From Candidatus Moraniibacteriota bacterium (lineage in GTDB: Bacteria > Patescibacteriota > Minisyncoccia > Moranbacterales > UBA2206), in assembly GCA_030679995.1 (NCBI GenBank), contig JAUXSK010000018.1, positions 121,492-185,491 on the forward strand: DNA of 64,000 nucleotides, written 5' to 3'. Under the pieces are notes generated by a model, which was given only the letters and a program-made list of their open reading frames with translations, was not told the DNA's origin and made no database searches. Positions within the stretch are counted from its first letter, which is position 1. Every line of letters starts with the position of its first letter. The position numbers and the translations under genes are program-made. Shown one piece after another: positions 1-9,037 of this stretch.

Positions 1-683
1 TGTTGTGCAAGTCCGTCCATCCGGCTCCGAGCTTTGTCTTCCACTCCGCCTGATTTGAAAGCGATGATATTCGTTATTACATCGGAAACTTCCCCGGTCA
101 CCTCGCGATATATTTCATGGGAAAGGCGGCGGTATTTGTTCACCTTTGATGATGACCACGTCACATAAATAAATTGAATCAAAACAATCGTAGCCGCGAT
201 CAACCCGACTTGGGGAGATGCGAAAAAGAGCACTATCGGCGGCACAACAAGCGCGATAAAAGACCCCAGGGCCTCGCCTCGAAAGAAGCGAAGTAAAAGC
301 ATGGAGGCATCCAGGTGTTGTCTGAACATACTCGCCAAATAACCGGTTTGGTTATCGCGATAAAATGAGACATCTTTGCCTACTAATTTTTGATAAAAAG
401 CTACCGACAGCTTCGCATATTGCTTGCTTTCCGTATAATTGGACAATATTTCGCCAAGCGTACCGATTATAGCTGCAGCCAGATAGGCAAAGAAAAAATA
501 AAGCGTATATTTTTTTGCAGCATCAAAATTTCCTGAAGCGACATTGGCCGTAACTTGTGCTATGGCGATAGCCATATATACTCTCATAACGGCTATGCGG
601 AAAACCTCAGCGAAAAAACCGATCCATTGTTCAAGGTTATGGCCATAGGTTCGGAATATGAATTTGTAGACTTCTTTGTTCAT
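1..683 (-). CDS. ABC exporter, N-terminal transmembrane domain (runs off window start)
   Basis: Not in the ORF track. Manual translation from ATG at 683 (MNKEVYKFIFRTYG...) is open to position 1, with several TM helices and ABC-TMD-like motifs FYRDNQTGYLASMF and GEVSDVITNIIAFKS. Confidence 0.8.
   Translation of the reverse strand, partial: MNKEVYKFIFRTYGHNLEQWIGFFAEVFRIAVMRVYMAIAIAQVTANVASGNFDAAKKYTLYFFFAYLAAAIIGTLGEILSNYTESKQYAKLSVAFYQKLVGKDVSFYRDNQTGYLASMFRQHLDASMLLLRFFRGEALGSFIALVVPPIVLFFASPQVGLIAATIVLIQFIYVTWSSSKVNKYRRLSHEIYREVTGEVSDVITNIIAFKSGGVEDKARSRMDGLAQ
333..401. repeat. Direct repeat copy A (69 bp, inside ABC exporter gene)
   Basis: 60/69 identical to 1751-1819 by manual alignment. 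Confidence 0.9.
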
Positions 684-1008
684 CTGGCGCAGCTTATTTG
701 TTTTTTAATAATAACACTTATGCCAAGTTAAGTTAATTCAACGATATGTGTAATACTGCGGCTGCTATGATTTTTTTAAAGCGGTTTTGGCTTCTTCAGG
801 GCTCGGAGTATCTGTATGAAATGGACTCAGCAATCCATTTTTTAATGTGTGGACTTGACTTCTTTTGATTTTATGCTAATTTCTATTGTCATTGTTATTT
901 TAAAAATAAGGCACGAGCTGGCAGTTGAATAATCAAAATTATTGATTGTTCGGCTGTCAGTTTGTGAATATGATTCCAAATAATGTCTACTTCAAGGGAG
1001 GTGTTGAA

Positions 1009-1587
1009 ATGGAATATGATCTAAGTAAGGTTCCGATCAGTGAGCTTGCCAGTGCTTTGTTGGCGCGAGTGGAGGAAATTTTTGGGAATGGAAATTGGTT
1101 AATTCCGGCAGCATTCGCATTATACAAAGCCATGGGCCCGGTGGCTTGCGTGGACGGCATACCATGGCAGCTTAACGAAAGGGGAGAGATGGAGTTGCTG
1201 GCTATGCGACGCCGCACGGGCCCTTATCCTGGGAAGCTTGTCGTGGTGGGAGGAAAGATCGCAATGAAAGAGAGTCTGCAAGACGCGCTTGGCAGGCACT
1301 TTCGGGATGATCTGGGTGTTGAAATTATAATGGCGGAAGAGTCTCTGTGCATGTCCCAATATCGGAAAGACAACCCGAACGATTTGTGGATGCAGGATCC
1401 TGGTAAAGACCATGCAGTCGCGCCCGTGTACCTCGTACAAATCAAGGGTGATGCTCCTTCCCAGAGTCTTCAGGCGGATCCCTTGATGTGGTTTTCTGAA
1501 GACTCCATACCTCCAGCTTTGGAATTTGGCTACGACAATGAACGACTGTACCGCAAGGCCTTTCGTTGCCTTAAAGGAAAGTCTTAA
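1009..1587 (+). CDS. Nudix-fold hydrolase (DUF4916-like)
   Basis: Degenerate Nudix box GGKIAMKESLQDALGRHFRDDLG; DPGKDHAV motif; SD GGAGGTG favours ATG 1009 over the track's start at 946. Confidence 0.75.
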   Translation: MEYDLSKVPISELASALLARVEEIFGNGNWLIPAAFALYKAMGPVACVDGIPWQLNERGEMELLAMRRRTGPYPGKLVVVGGKIAMKESLQDALGRHFRDDLGVEIIMAEESLCMSQYRKDNPNDLWMQDPGKDHAVAPVYLVQIKGDAPSQSLQADPLMWFSEDSIPPALEFGYDNERLYRKAFRCLKGKS

Positions 1588-1595
1588 GGAATTAC

Positions 1596-1650
1596 AACCC
1601 ACCAGCAGAAAGCAGAAATCCATCTGTGCTGCTAGGTGGGTTTTTTGTTT
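1596..1650 (+). terminator. Intrinsic terminator
   Basis: AACCCACC-AGCAG...CTGCT-A-GGTGGGTT hairpin followed by a T tract. Confidence 0.65.
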
Positions 1651-1750
1651 TTATAAAAATGCGGTTCTGAATTTTTCCATACTTCGGAGCATCACTGGAT
1701 AACTAGAACTAAGAGCTCTAGCTTTTCTTTATTTAAGGGCATTTCAGCTT

Positions 1751-1819
1751 TGCTAAATAGCCTGTTTGATTATCGCGATAAAATGAAACATCTTTGCCTA
1801 CCAGCTTTTGATAAAAAGC
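1751..1819 (-). pseudogene. Isolated 23-codon fragment of a diverged allele of the ABC exporter (repeat copy B)
   Basis: Minus strand encodes AFYQKLVGKDVSFYRDNQTGYLA, identical to the peptide from 333-401; all 9 nucleotide differences are synonymous. Confidence 0.85.
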
Positions 1820-1915
1820 TGTTTATTTATTTGATTTTTACGTATTTTTAATATACAATTAAATCGTGTTAGTCTTTTAAAAGGCAATATTTTAAGCATA
1901 AAAACAGGGGAGAAA

Positions 1916-4900
1916 ATGAAAAAAAATCCAATTTTGTTTTTATTTATTGCAGGCCATATTGTTTTTGGCTTGTTTTTTTTTAAAATAGAGGTCAACAGGA
2001 CGCTAGCTAGTTCTGAATTTGAGGTTAGTGAAAAAACCAGTCCTGTTTTTTCAACGCTAATTCCTGATCAGGCTTTTGTAATTAAGGATGATACTAATTA
2101 CAAGGTCTATTATGCTGGAGATGATTTTATTTCGATTAATCTGGCTCAATCGCCGGATGGTATAAATTGGACACCGTATTCTGGCAATCCTATTGTCAAT
2201 GATGCTCAATATCACGCTAATGTAAAGTTTTTCAATTCCGGATTTTCAGGTGAAAATATTGGAGATAATCCAAGCTCCGACATGATGTATTATAGGATGT
2301 GGTATGCGGGCTTGAATCAAAATAGCATAGCCGGGTGGAGATATGCCGAATCACCGGATGGAATCAGCTGGTATAACCGTATCAATGTTTCACAGTTTGG
2401 ACCGGCGGTATATAGTGCGCAAACAGGAGTGACATATGGAATTGCGGATGTGGTTTATACTGCGGGAGCGTCAAATAGTGGAATGGATTGGACTTTTAGG
2501 ATTTATGCAAATGTACAGTGGGAGGCAGGTGATTTTGCCGGCAAAGAACTCGTTGTGATGGCTTTTTCAAGCGATGGCTATAATTGGACCGGATATGACC
2601 CCACCTCGGTTGGCTATGCAACTCCAGTATTTAAGGGGACTCTTATTAGCGGTGATTTCGACAGTGATCATATTGGCTGGTTTAAGGTTATTAAAAATAA
2701 TCCAACTTTTTGGGAGGCTTTTTATTCTGGTGGAGCCGACACAACCTATCAATCATTGAATGGAATAGGTTATGCCTCATCAACAGATGGAATCAATTGG
2801 ATACGCGGGCAGAAACTATTTTCTACGGAAGATTCAATGTTATGGAGAAAAAGAAGTGTTTGGATGCCTTCAGTGGTAAAAACAGCCTCCAATTATCAAG
2901 TTTGGTTTTTGGGATCGGATAACTCTGATATCGCAAGTTCTGATTGGATTCAGTGGAAATTGGGTTTGGCAAATTTAGTGATGATTGCTCCGATAATATC
3001 TGACACTTCACCGGCAGATGCTGCAATAAATATTTCGACAACCGGAAATATTACTGCCTCCTTTAATGGAATAATGGATTCTTCAACAATAAATTCATCA
3101 ACATTTACTCTGGCCAAAGGCGCGACACCGATTGCTGGATCTGTCAGTTATGCAGGAACAACAGCGACTTTTATGTCGGCAAATGATCTTTTGCCTTTCA
3201 CTGAATATACTGCCACGGTGACAACGGGCGTCAAAGATATTTCCGGAGTAGCATTAAGTTCTGATTATTCGTGGACTTTTACGACCGGCCGATCCTATAT
3301 GGATTGGAATGACCAAGGCGTTGTTTTTACTGCTCCTTCTTCGGGTGACGCATATTATCCCAGTGTTATTTATAATGCCGGCGGATTTGGTGGCATTCAA
3401 CCGGCATATTCTATGTGGTATTCAGACGGATCGGGTGCTGTGTATATAACTAGATCTTCGGATGGTGTAACTTGGGATAATCCGACAGCAACGGTTGGGC
3501 TGGTTGGTGCCCATCATGCGCAGATTTTGTATGATGAAGATTGTTTCGGAACAGTTCCCTGTACGGATGGTACGATAAAATATCGAATTTGGTTTTGGGA
3601 TATTTCAAAATTATATAGTATTTCCGCGATAGCTACGGCTGAATCCGTTGATGGAATGAATTGGACTAACCAGCAATCATTGACTCAAGATGCATCTTTG
3701 AAATTAATTCAGGATCCTGATTCGGGTATCGGTTGGAACAGAGGCAGCTATGGTCCGGTATCTTTATTTTATCAATCGGATGCATCTAATACCGGCAATG
3801 AACCATGGAATTATCGATACGTAATGTATTACAACGGCACAGACGGCAGTTCGGAAGGTACCGGACTTGCATATTCCTCGGATGGCGTGTATTGGTCGGC
3901 ATATTCATCCAATCCAATTTTAGCTGGTTCTTCTGTGGCAGGCTGGGATTGTTTGAGTTCTTCCTATGGAACCGTACTTAGGGATTCTGCGGGTTTCCAC
4001 TATTTTTTTAGCGGTCGCGGCATGGATGATGGTGCGGGGGGTTGCGCCTATCCTTCAAGTTTTGATGGCATTGGCTATGCGTATTCAGTCGATGGTAAAA
4101 CTTGGATCAAAAGTTTGGATAATCCGATATTTCATATAAGCGATGGAGTGGCATATCGTGATGAACGAATTTATACGCCATCTGTCATAAATGACGCTAC
4201 GGGAATTTTAAAAATGTATTTTTCCGCAAAACAAACAGACCAGCCAAAGAAAATCGCTTATGCTACCATAGCACCTTTGAGTGAATCAAAAGCCATTACA
4301 TCTTTTAGTTTTCCGGAGGGAACGGGTGTCATTAATGAAACCGCTTACACAATCGCAGTGGAAGTATCTTCCGGTTCGGATTTAAATGCTCTTGTGCCAA
4401 CGATTGTCATCAGTGGAATATCAATCAGTCCGCGTTCCGACATCGCCCAAGATTTTACTTCGCCGGTCATATATAAAGTCACTGCTGAGAATGGAACGAC
4501 TCAAGAATATCTGGTTACGGTTACGGAAAAAGCTGAAGACGAAGATGAAGACGAAGATGAAGACGAAGACGAAGACGAAGATGAAGACGAAACAAAATCA
4601 TCAGATCATAAAAATAATTCGGATAAGAAAACAAAAAAAAATCCAGCAGCAACAACTACAACAGCCGAGACAATGACAGGCATAGCAGCACTGGAGGCGT
4701 TGGGCATGGGTGAGGCGGCACCGGGAATAACAATTGATGGCATACCTGTGGCATCTAGTGAAAAAAATCCCCTTACGGACGAAAAGTATAAATTTAACTG
4801 GATTTGGGTGATCATAGGTATTGTGTTGTTCATATTGCTGTTGATAATTCTTTTTGCTAAAAAACAAAAGAATAAATTCAAATTTTATTTCGCATCTCCA

Positions 4901-5161
4901 GCAGTTACCGGAATTGTTGATGAAACAGCCAAGACTGTTAAGTTTACTGTGCCTTTCGGCACTAATGTGAGTGCTCTTGTTCCAACAATCAAACTTTCTG
5001 ACGGCGCGTCAATCCGTCCGCGTTCCGACATCGCCCAAAACTTTACTTTGCCGGTCGTATATAAACTCACTGCTAGGGACGGAGTGACTCAATCGTACAC
5101 AGTTACGGCAAAGGTTGCTTCTAGGTCGGAATTCAACGCCAAAACAAAGGGGACAGCCTAA
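1916..5161 (+). CDS. Large membrane-anchored surface protein: two Asp-box beta-propeller (glycoside-hydrolase-like) domains, Ig-like (Big_5-type) domain, two DUF5018-like repeats, acidic linker, TM helix
   Basis: N-terminal hydrophobic signal; eight SxDGxxW motifs in two homologous blocks; Ig-like YTATVTTGVKD...YSWTFTTG; duplicated ALVPTI...PRSDIAQxFTxPVxYK; TM WIWVIIGIVLFILLLIILF. Confidence 0.75.
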   Translation: MKKNPILFLFIAGHIVFGLFFFKIEVNRTLASSEFEVSEKTSPVFSTLIPDQAFVIKDDTNYKVYYAGDDFISINLAQSPDGINWTPYSGNPIVNDAQYHANVKFFNSGFSGENIGDNPSSDMMYYRMWYAGLNQNSIAGWRYAESPDGISWYNRINVSQFGPAVYSAQTGVTYGIADVVYTAGASNSGMDWTFRIYANVQWEAGDFAGKELVVMAFSSDGYNWTGYDPTSVGYATPVFKGTLISGDFDSDHIGWFKVIKNNPTFWEAFYSGGADTTYQSLNGIGYASSTDGINWIRGQKLFSTEDSMLWRKRSVWMPSVVKTASNYQVWFLGSDNSDIASSDWIQWKLGLANLVMIAPIISDTSPADAAINISTTGNITASFNGIMDSSTINSSTFTLAKGATPIAGSVSYAGTTATFMSANDLLPFTEYTATVTTGVKDISGVALSSDYSWTFTTGRSYMDWNDQGVVFTAPSSGDAYYPSVIYNAGGFGGIQPAYSMWYSDGSGAVYITRSSDGVTWDNPTATVGLVGAHHAQILYDEDCFGTVPCTDGTIKYRIWFWDISKLYSISAIATAESVDGMNWTNQQSLTQDASLKLIQDPDSGIGWNRGSYGPVSLFYQSDASNTGNEPWNYRYVMYYNGTDGSSEGTGLAYSSDGVYWSAYSSNPILAGSSVAGWDCLSSSYGTVLRDSAGFHYFFSGRGMDDGAGGCAYPSSFDGIGYAYSVDGKTWIKSLDNPIFHISDGVAYRDERIYTPSVINDATGILKMYFSAKQTDQPKKIAYATIAPLSESKAITSFSFPEGTGVINETAYTIAVEVSSGSDLNALVPTIVISGISISPRSDIAQDFTSPVIYKVTAENGTTQEYLVTVTEKAEDEDEDEDEDEDEDEDEDETKSSDHKNNSDKKTKKNPAATTTTAETMTGIAALEALGMGEAAPGITIDGIPVASSEKNPLTDEKYKFNWIWVIIGIVLFILLLIILFAKKQKNKFKFYFASPAVTGIVDETAKTVKFTVPFGTNVSALVPTIKLSDGASIRPRSDIAQNFTLPVVYKLTARDGVTQSYTVTAKVASRSEFNAKTKGTA
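4535..4591 (+). repeat. Tandem hexamer repeat (GAAGAY)x9 + GAA encoding poly-ED
   Basis: Directly visible in sequence. Confidence 0.95.
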
Positions 5162-5230
5162 TAAAAAAACACCTAACACCACCAATCGTTCGATGTAAAT
5201 AATATTTTTTAATTTTAAACAACCAATATT

Positions 5231-6391
5231 ATGAACCAAAAAAGCATTATCGTAATTCTAGGATTTATTATCGTCTTCCTGACAGGCATAGTCGTATATT
5301 TTACAATAATAAATAAAGCGAATCAGCCAATTGATTCATCAGCACAACGTCAATCCATATCTTCACTGGAAAAAAATGAGATCGCATCTACGCAGATATC
5401 CGCGCCTGCTATAAAATTCGAGGGGCGGTATATAGATGTGCATACGCATATCATGCCGTCGGGGATGTCTCTCGAAGAGATGCTTAAAAATATGGATATT
5501 GAAGGTATCGATACTATGATAATAATGGAGACTCCAACGTCGATTTATATGGGAAAATCTCAAGAGGAGTATGGGATTCCAAGCGCTTCAGAAAAATATC
5601 CAAATAGATTCATCTCATTGTACGGAGGAGAGGCGATGACTCTGCTTGATATCGTTATCAAGAAAGGAGGATATACCCAATCACAAGAAGAAAAATACAC
5701 CGCTCTTCTTGAAGACGCAATGAAATCGGGTAAATACAAGGGCTTTGGAGAGATTGCGTTGAGACATATATCGCTTGGAGGAGAAGGAGCTGATGTGACT
5801 ATTCCAGGAGATCATCCATGGATGTTTATTATGAGCGATATCGCAGCTAAGTATGATTTGCCAATTGATATACATATGGATGTTGCAACTGCGAACGAAG
5901 GAATAGCTGGTCTTGAAAAACTTCTTGATCATAATAAAAACACAAAAATTATTTGGTCCCATACAGCTTGGTCAAGGACTGATTATAAATCTGGATCCAT
6001 TGAATTGATGCGGCGGTTATTTGAGAAACATCCGAATTTATATTCAAGCGTCAAAATCCAGACCGAAACTGCATTTATGGATGGCGGGGTGGGGATGAAG
6101 CAGCAGCCGCAAAAGGGAGCGGGCAGGGGAGAAAAACAACTGAGCTCCGGAAATGGCGGGACAAAACCATCACCACAGCAAGGACTAACCAGCGGAATCA
6201 ATCTTGAATGGTTGGCTTTATTCAAAGAATATCCAGAACGCTTTATGATGGGAAGTGATATAAAGCCCGGGGAAAGGCCAAATGAGTTCGCATACATAAA
6301 AGCTCACAGAAAATTTTTGGAACAATTACCCGCTGAAATTCTTAAACAGATTGAAAGAAATAATGCCAAAGAAATTTTTAAAATTAATTGA
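5231..6391 (+). CDS. Membrane-anchored amidohydrolase-family (TIM-barrel) metalloprotein
   Basis: N-terminal TM; IDVHTH, GFGE, PIDIH, IIWSH and FMMGSD metal-ligand motifs. Confidence 0.8.
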   Translation: MNQKSIIVILGFIIVFLTGIVVYFTIINKANQPIDSSAQRQSISSLEKNEIASTQISAPAIKFEGRYIDVHTHIMPSGMSLEEMLKNMDIEGIDTMIIMETPTSIYMGKSQEEYGIPSASEKYPNRFISLYGGEAMTLLDIVIKKGGYTQSQEEKYTALLEDAMKSGKYKGFGEIALRHISLGGEGADVTIPGDHPWMFIMSDIAAKYDLPIDIHMDVATANEGIAGLEKLLDHNKNTKIIWSHTAWSRTDYKSGSIELMRRLFEKHPNLYSSVKIQTETAFMDGGVGMKQQPQKGAGRGEKQLSSGNGGTKPSPQQGLTSGINLEWLALFKEYPERFMMGSDIKPGERPNEFAYIKAHRKFLEQLPAEILKQIERNNAKEIFKIN

Positions 6392-6432
6392 GCTTAATTT
6401 GTAAATTTAAAGGCACTGTCGTAATTAGACTG

Positions 6433-6537
6433 GATTATGGATATCCGACCCCTTTATTTCCGCGGATTTTATCTTCCGCCAGAGCCAAGGTCGCCGAAGC
6501 GATTGTGGAAGGGAAGGCATTAAAAATCGAAGAGTAA
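6433..6537 (+). pseudogene. 3' remnant of a DUF134 (UPF0251)-like DNA-binding protein gene
   Basis: Frame reads ...FPRILSSARAKVAEAIVEGKALKIEE*, resembling the DUF134 C-terminus; no 5' part or start codon present. Confidence 0.6.
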
Positions 6538-6677
6538 TGGAAAGTATGCTATAATCTAGCCATACAAACAAGTTAAAAAAGTCACGCCGTTTATTTTTTC
6601 GGTTCCATCCTCTTTTGTTGTCCTATCCGATTGGCGATGTGAAGCAAATAAATTAATAATTATTAAAAAACGAAAAG

Positions 6678-7343
6678 ATGAAAAAAACACTACTGATTGC
6701 TTTTTTCCTGGTGTTTGGAATGGCCGTCCAAGCCCAAGCGTCAAGCGCGAACCCTAACCAAGGTTCGAAGCCGGAGCAGGCTAATCCCCAGGTAAGCCAA
6801 ACTGGGAACGCCGTCCAAGTCCAAGAAAAAAACGAGGTTAAAAACCAAGGGGAAGAAACTCAAATCCAAACCCAAGAACAGAACGAGGTTGTGGCTAAAG
6901 ACAAAAAAGAAAACAAACCCCAGGATGCTGCCGAATTGCACAGGAGTGCGGTGGCTAATTTTGTCCAAGGTTTATTAGCCATAGCTGACAGGGAAGGCGG
7001 AATCGGGCAGGAGGTGAGGGTGATCGCCCAACAGCAAAATGATGTGAAAGATCGGGCGGCCGACTTGATATATGCCGTTGAAAATAGGAGCGATGTGAAA
7101 ACATTCTTCATAGGCACGAGTTATAAAAATTTGGGAGAATTGCGGGGCCAGACGGTCCAAGCCAGGAATCAAATCGAGCAATTGAAGCGGTTGGCTGACA
7201 AGGCGGACAACGAGCAGAACAGGATCGAATTGCAAGCGCAAATCCGGACGCTGGAGCAAGAGCAGGTGAATATCGATAATTTTATCGCTCAAAATGAAAA
7301 CAAATTCAGCGTATTCGGTTGGGCAGTGAGGCTTTTCCGATAA
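6678..7343 (+). CDS. Secreted hypothetical protein with Q/N-rich linker and coiled coil
   Basis: 221 aa; signal peptide ending AQA; followed by a terminator. Confidence 0.8.
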   Translation: MKKTLLIAFFLVFGMAVQAQASSANPNQGSKPEQANPQVSQTGNAVQVQEKNEVKNQGEETQIQTQEQNEVVAKDKKENKPQDAAELHRSAVANFVQGLLAIADREGGIGQEVRVIAQQQNDVKDRAADLIYAVENRSDVKTFFIGTSYKNLGELRGQTVQARNQIEQLKRLADKADNEQNRIELQAQIRTLEQEQVNIDNFIAQNENKFSVFGWAVRLFR

Positions 7344-7366
7344 TTCTATCTTTTTGGGATAACCAT

Positions 7367-7394
7367 AAAAAACCGCCGGCAAGGGCGGTTTTTT
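7367..7394 (+). terminator. Intrinsic terminator
   Basis: AAAAAACCGCC-GGCAAG-GGCGGTTTTTT. Confidence 0.8.
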
Positions 7395-7513
7395 GCTGAT
7401 TGGAAGATGGATATGCCAATTTTTTCTCCCGTTGCGGGACATTGTCCGGATAGGGGGCATTCCTCCGTCCGGGCGGTATTTTTTATCCTGAAAAAGTACC
7501 GGTATCCGGACCA

Positions 7514-7564
7514 TTGACATATCCGCCAGGCGGGCGTATCATTCTAATATAAATTAGGATGATA
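7514..7564 (+). promoter_or_regulatory. Sigma70 promoter with overlapping ArsR-type operator
   Basis: TTGACA-17-TATCAT; 12-4-12 inverted repeat TATCATTCTAAT-ATAA-ATTAGGATGATA (7537-7564, 1 mismatch). Confidence 0.75.
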
Positions 7565-7569
7565 TACAT

Positions 7570-7878
7570 ATGGAATTCAGATGTTGCGTGAAAAATTCAA
7601 CTGAGGCGGAAGATGTCGGCAAAGCATACGCTTTTTTGCGCGCCGTTTCGGATTCCAACAGACTGAAAATCCTTTGCGTCTTGCAAACCGGCTCAAAATG
7701 CGTTTGCGAAATCGTTCCGGCCGTCGGCATATCGGATAAACTGGCCTCGCATCACCTCAAACAATTGAAAGGCGCCGGACTCCTAGTTGAGAAGAGAGAG
7801 GGTAAATTCATCCGCTACGGTTTGGATAAAAAGGCGATCAATGCATATAAGAAAATTTTTAATCAAGTAATAAAATAA
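7570..7878 (+). CDS. arsR: ArsR/SmtB-family metalloregulator
   Basis: RLKILCVL...KCVCEI...SHHLKQLKGAGLL...REGKFIRY winged HTH; N-terminal CC pair. Confidence 0.9.
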   Translation: MEFRCCVKNSTEAEDVGKAYAFLRAVSDSNRLKILCVLQTGSKCVCEIVPAVGISDKLASHHLKQLKGAGLLVEKREGKFIRYGLDKKAINAYKKIFNQVIK

Positions 7879-7883
7879 ATCAA

Positions 7884-8126
7884 ATGGATATTAAAATTCT
7901 GGGCACCGGTTGTCCTAACTGCCAACGATTGGAACAAAACACGAAGCAAGCCCTGGAGGAGCTGAAGATAGAGGCGGTCGTTGAAAAAGTGACCGATATC
8001 CAAGACATTATCGGTTATGGGATTATGAGTACGCCGGCATTGGTGGTTGATGGGAATGTGCTTTTGGCCGGGATGGTGCCAAGCGTAAATGATATCAAGG
8101 AAAAAATTGAGAACTATATAAAATAA
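7884..8126 (+). CDS. Small redox-active disulfide protein (MTH895-like thioredoxin)
   Basis: IKILGTGCPNC and GIMSTPALVVDG motifs. Confidence 0.9.
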   Translation: MDIKILGTGCPNCQRLEQNTKQALEELKIEAVVEKVTDIQDIIGYGIMSTPALVVDGNVLLAGMVPSVNDIKEKIENYIK

Positions 8127-8128
8127 TT

Positions 8129-9019
8129 ATGCATATGCACGATCATAGTGAAAAACGTATCGGCTGGGTCATTTTATTCAATGTGGCTATCGTAATCGCC
8201 GAGTATATCGGCGGCCTGCTTTCCGGGAGTTTGGCGTTGCTTTCTGACGCGGGACATAATTTTTCCGACGTGCTTTCGCTGATTATAAGCTATATTGGAG
8301 AGAGATTTTCCCATAGCGAATCGACGAAACGCCATTCATTCGGTTTCAAGCGCTTTGAAGTCGCCGCGGCCTTTATAAACGCGCTGTCCCTTTGCGTTAT
8401 CGCCATCATCATTATCATCGAGGCGATGGGCAGGCTGGGGTCGGGTCGGGAAATTTCCCTAGGTATTATGCTTCCGGTCGCGATCGCCGGACTTTTGGGT
8501 AATATTTTTTCCGTCGCGTTGCTTGTTAAGGAAAAAGGCAAAAACCTGAATATGAAATCGGCATATCTGCATTTGGCGTATGACGCGCTTTCTTCGGTTT
8601 TTGTAATCATCGCCGCTGTCGCGATCGCCTTGACGCACTTAGCCGTTATCGACGTGGCGATCAGCCTTGTTATCGCGCTGATGATGTTATGGAGCGGGCT
8701 TGGCGTGCTCAAACAAGCGTTGCATATTTTTATGCAGGGAGTGCCGGACGGCATTGATTTCCAAAGCGTCCATAACGACCTGGTTTCTTTGGACGGAGTC
8801 CGAAGCGTGCATGATTTGCATATTTGGTCCGTGAATTCGGAAGATGTTTTTCTTTCCTGCCACGCTTGTTTGGAAGAGAAGCAAGATAGCGATCAAATAA
8901 ACGGACTGATCATAAAAGCGAACGGGGTATTGAAAGAAAAATACGGTATCACGCATAGCGCCATCCAATTCGAATACGCCGGAATTTGCAAGGCTGGCGG
9001 GGTGTGTTGTGAGAAATAA
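8129..9019 (+). CDS. czcD: Cation diffusion facilitator (CzcD/ZitB-like)
   Basis: SLALLSDAGHNFSD, NMKSAYLHLAYD, VHDLHIW motifs; about 6 TM. Confidence 0.9.
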   Translation: MHMHDHSEKRIGWVILFNVAIVIAEYIGGLLSGSLALLSDAGHNFSDVLSLIISYIGERFSHSESTKRHSFGFKRFEVAAAFINALSLCVIAIIIIIEAMGRLGSGREISLGIMLPVAIAGLLGNIFSVALLVKEKGKNLNMKSAYLHLAYDALSSVFVIIAAVAIALTHLAVIDVAISLVIALMMLWSGLGVLKQALHIFMQGVPDGIDFQSVHNDLVSLDGVRSVHDLHIWSVNSEDVFLSCHACLEEKQDSDQINGLIIKANGVLKEKYGITHSAIQFEYAGICKAGGVCCEK

Positions 9020-9037
9020 CCATAATCGATAAAACAA

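Noticed and set aside
4535-4591. Hexamer repeat as an ON/OFF phase-variation switch
   Set aside because: Unit length is a multiple of three, so slippage changes linker length only, not the frame.
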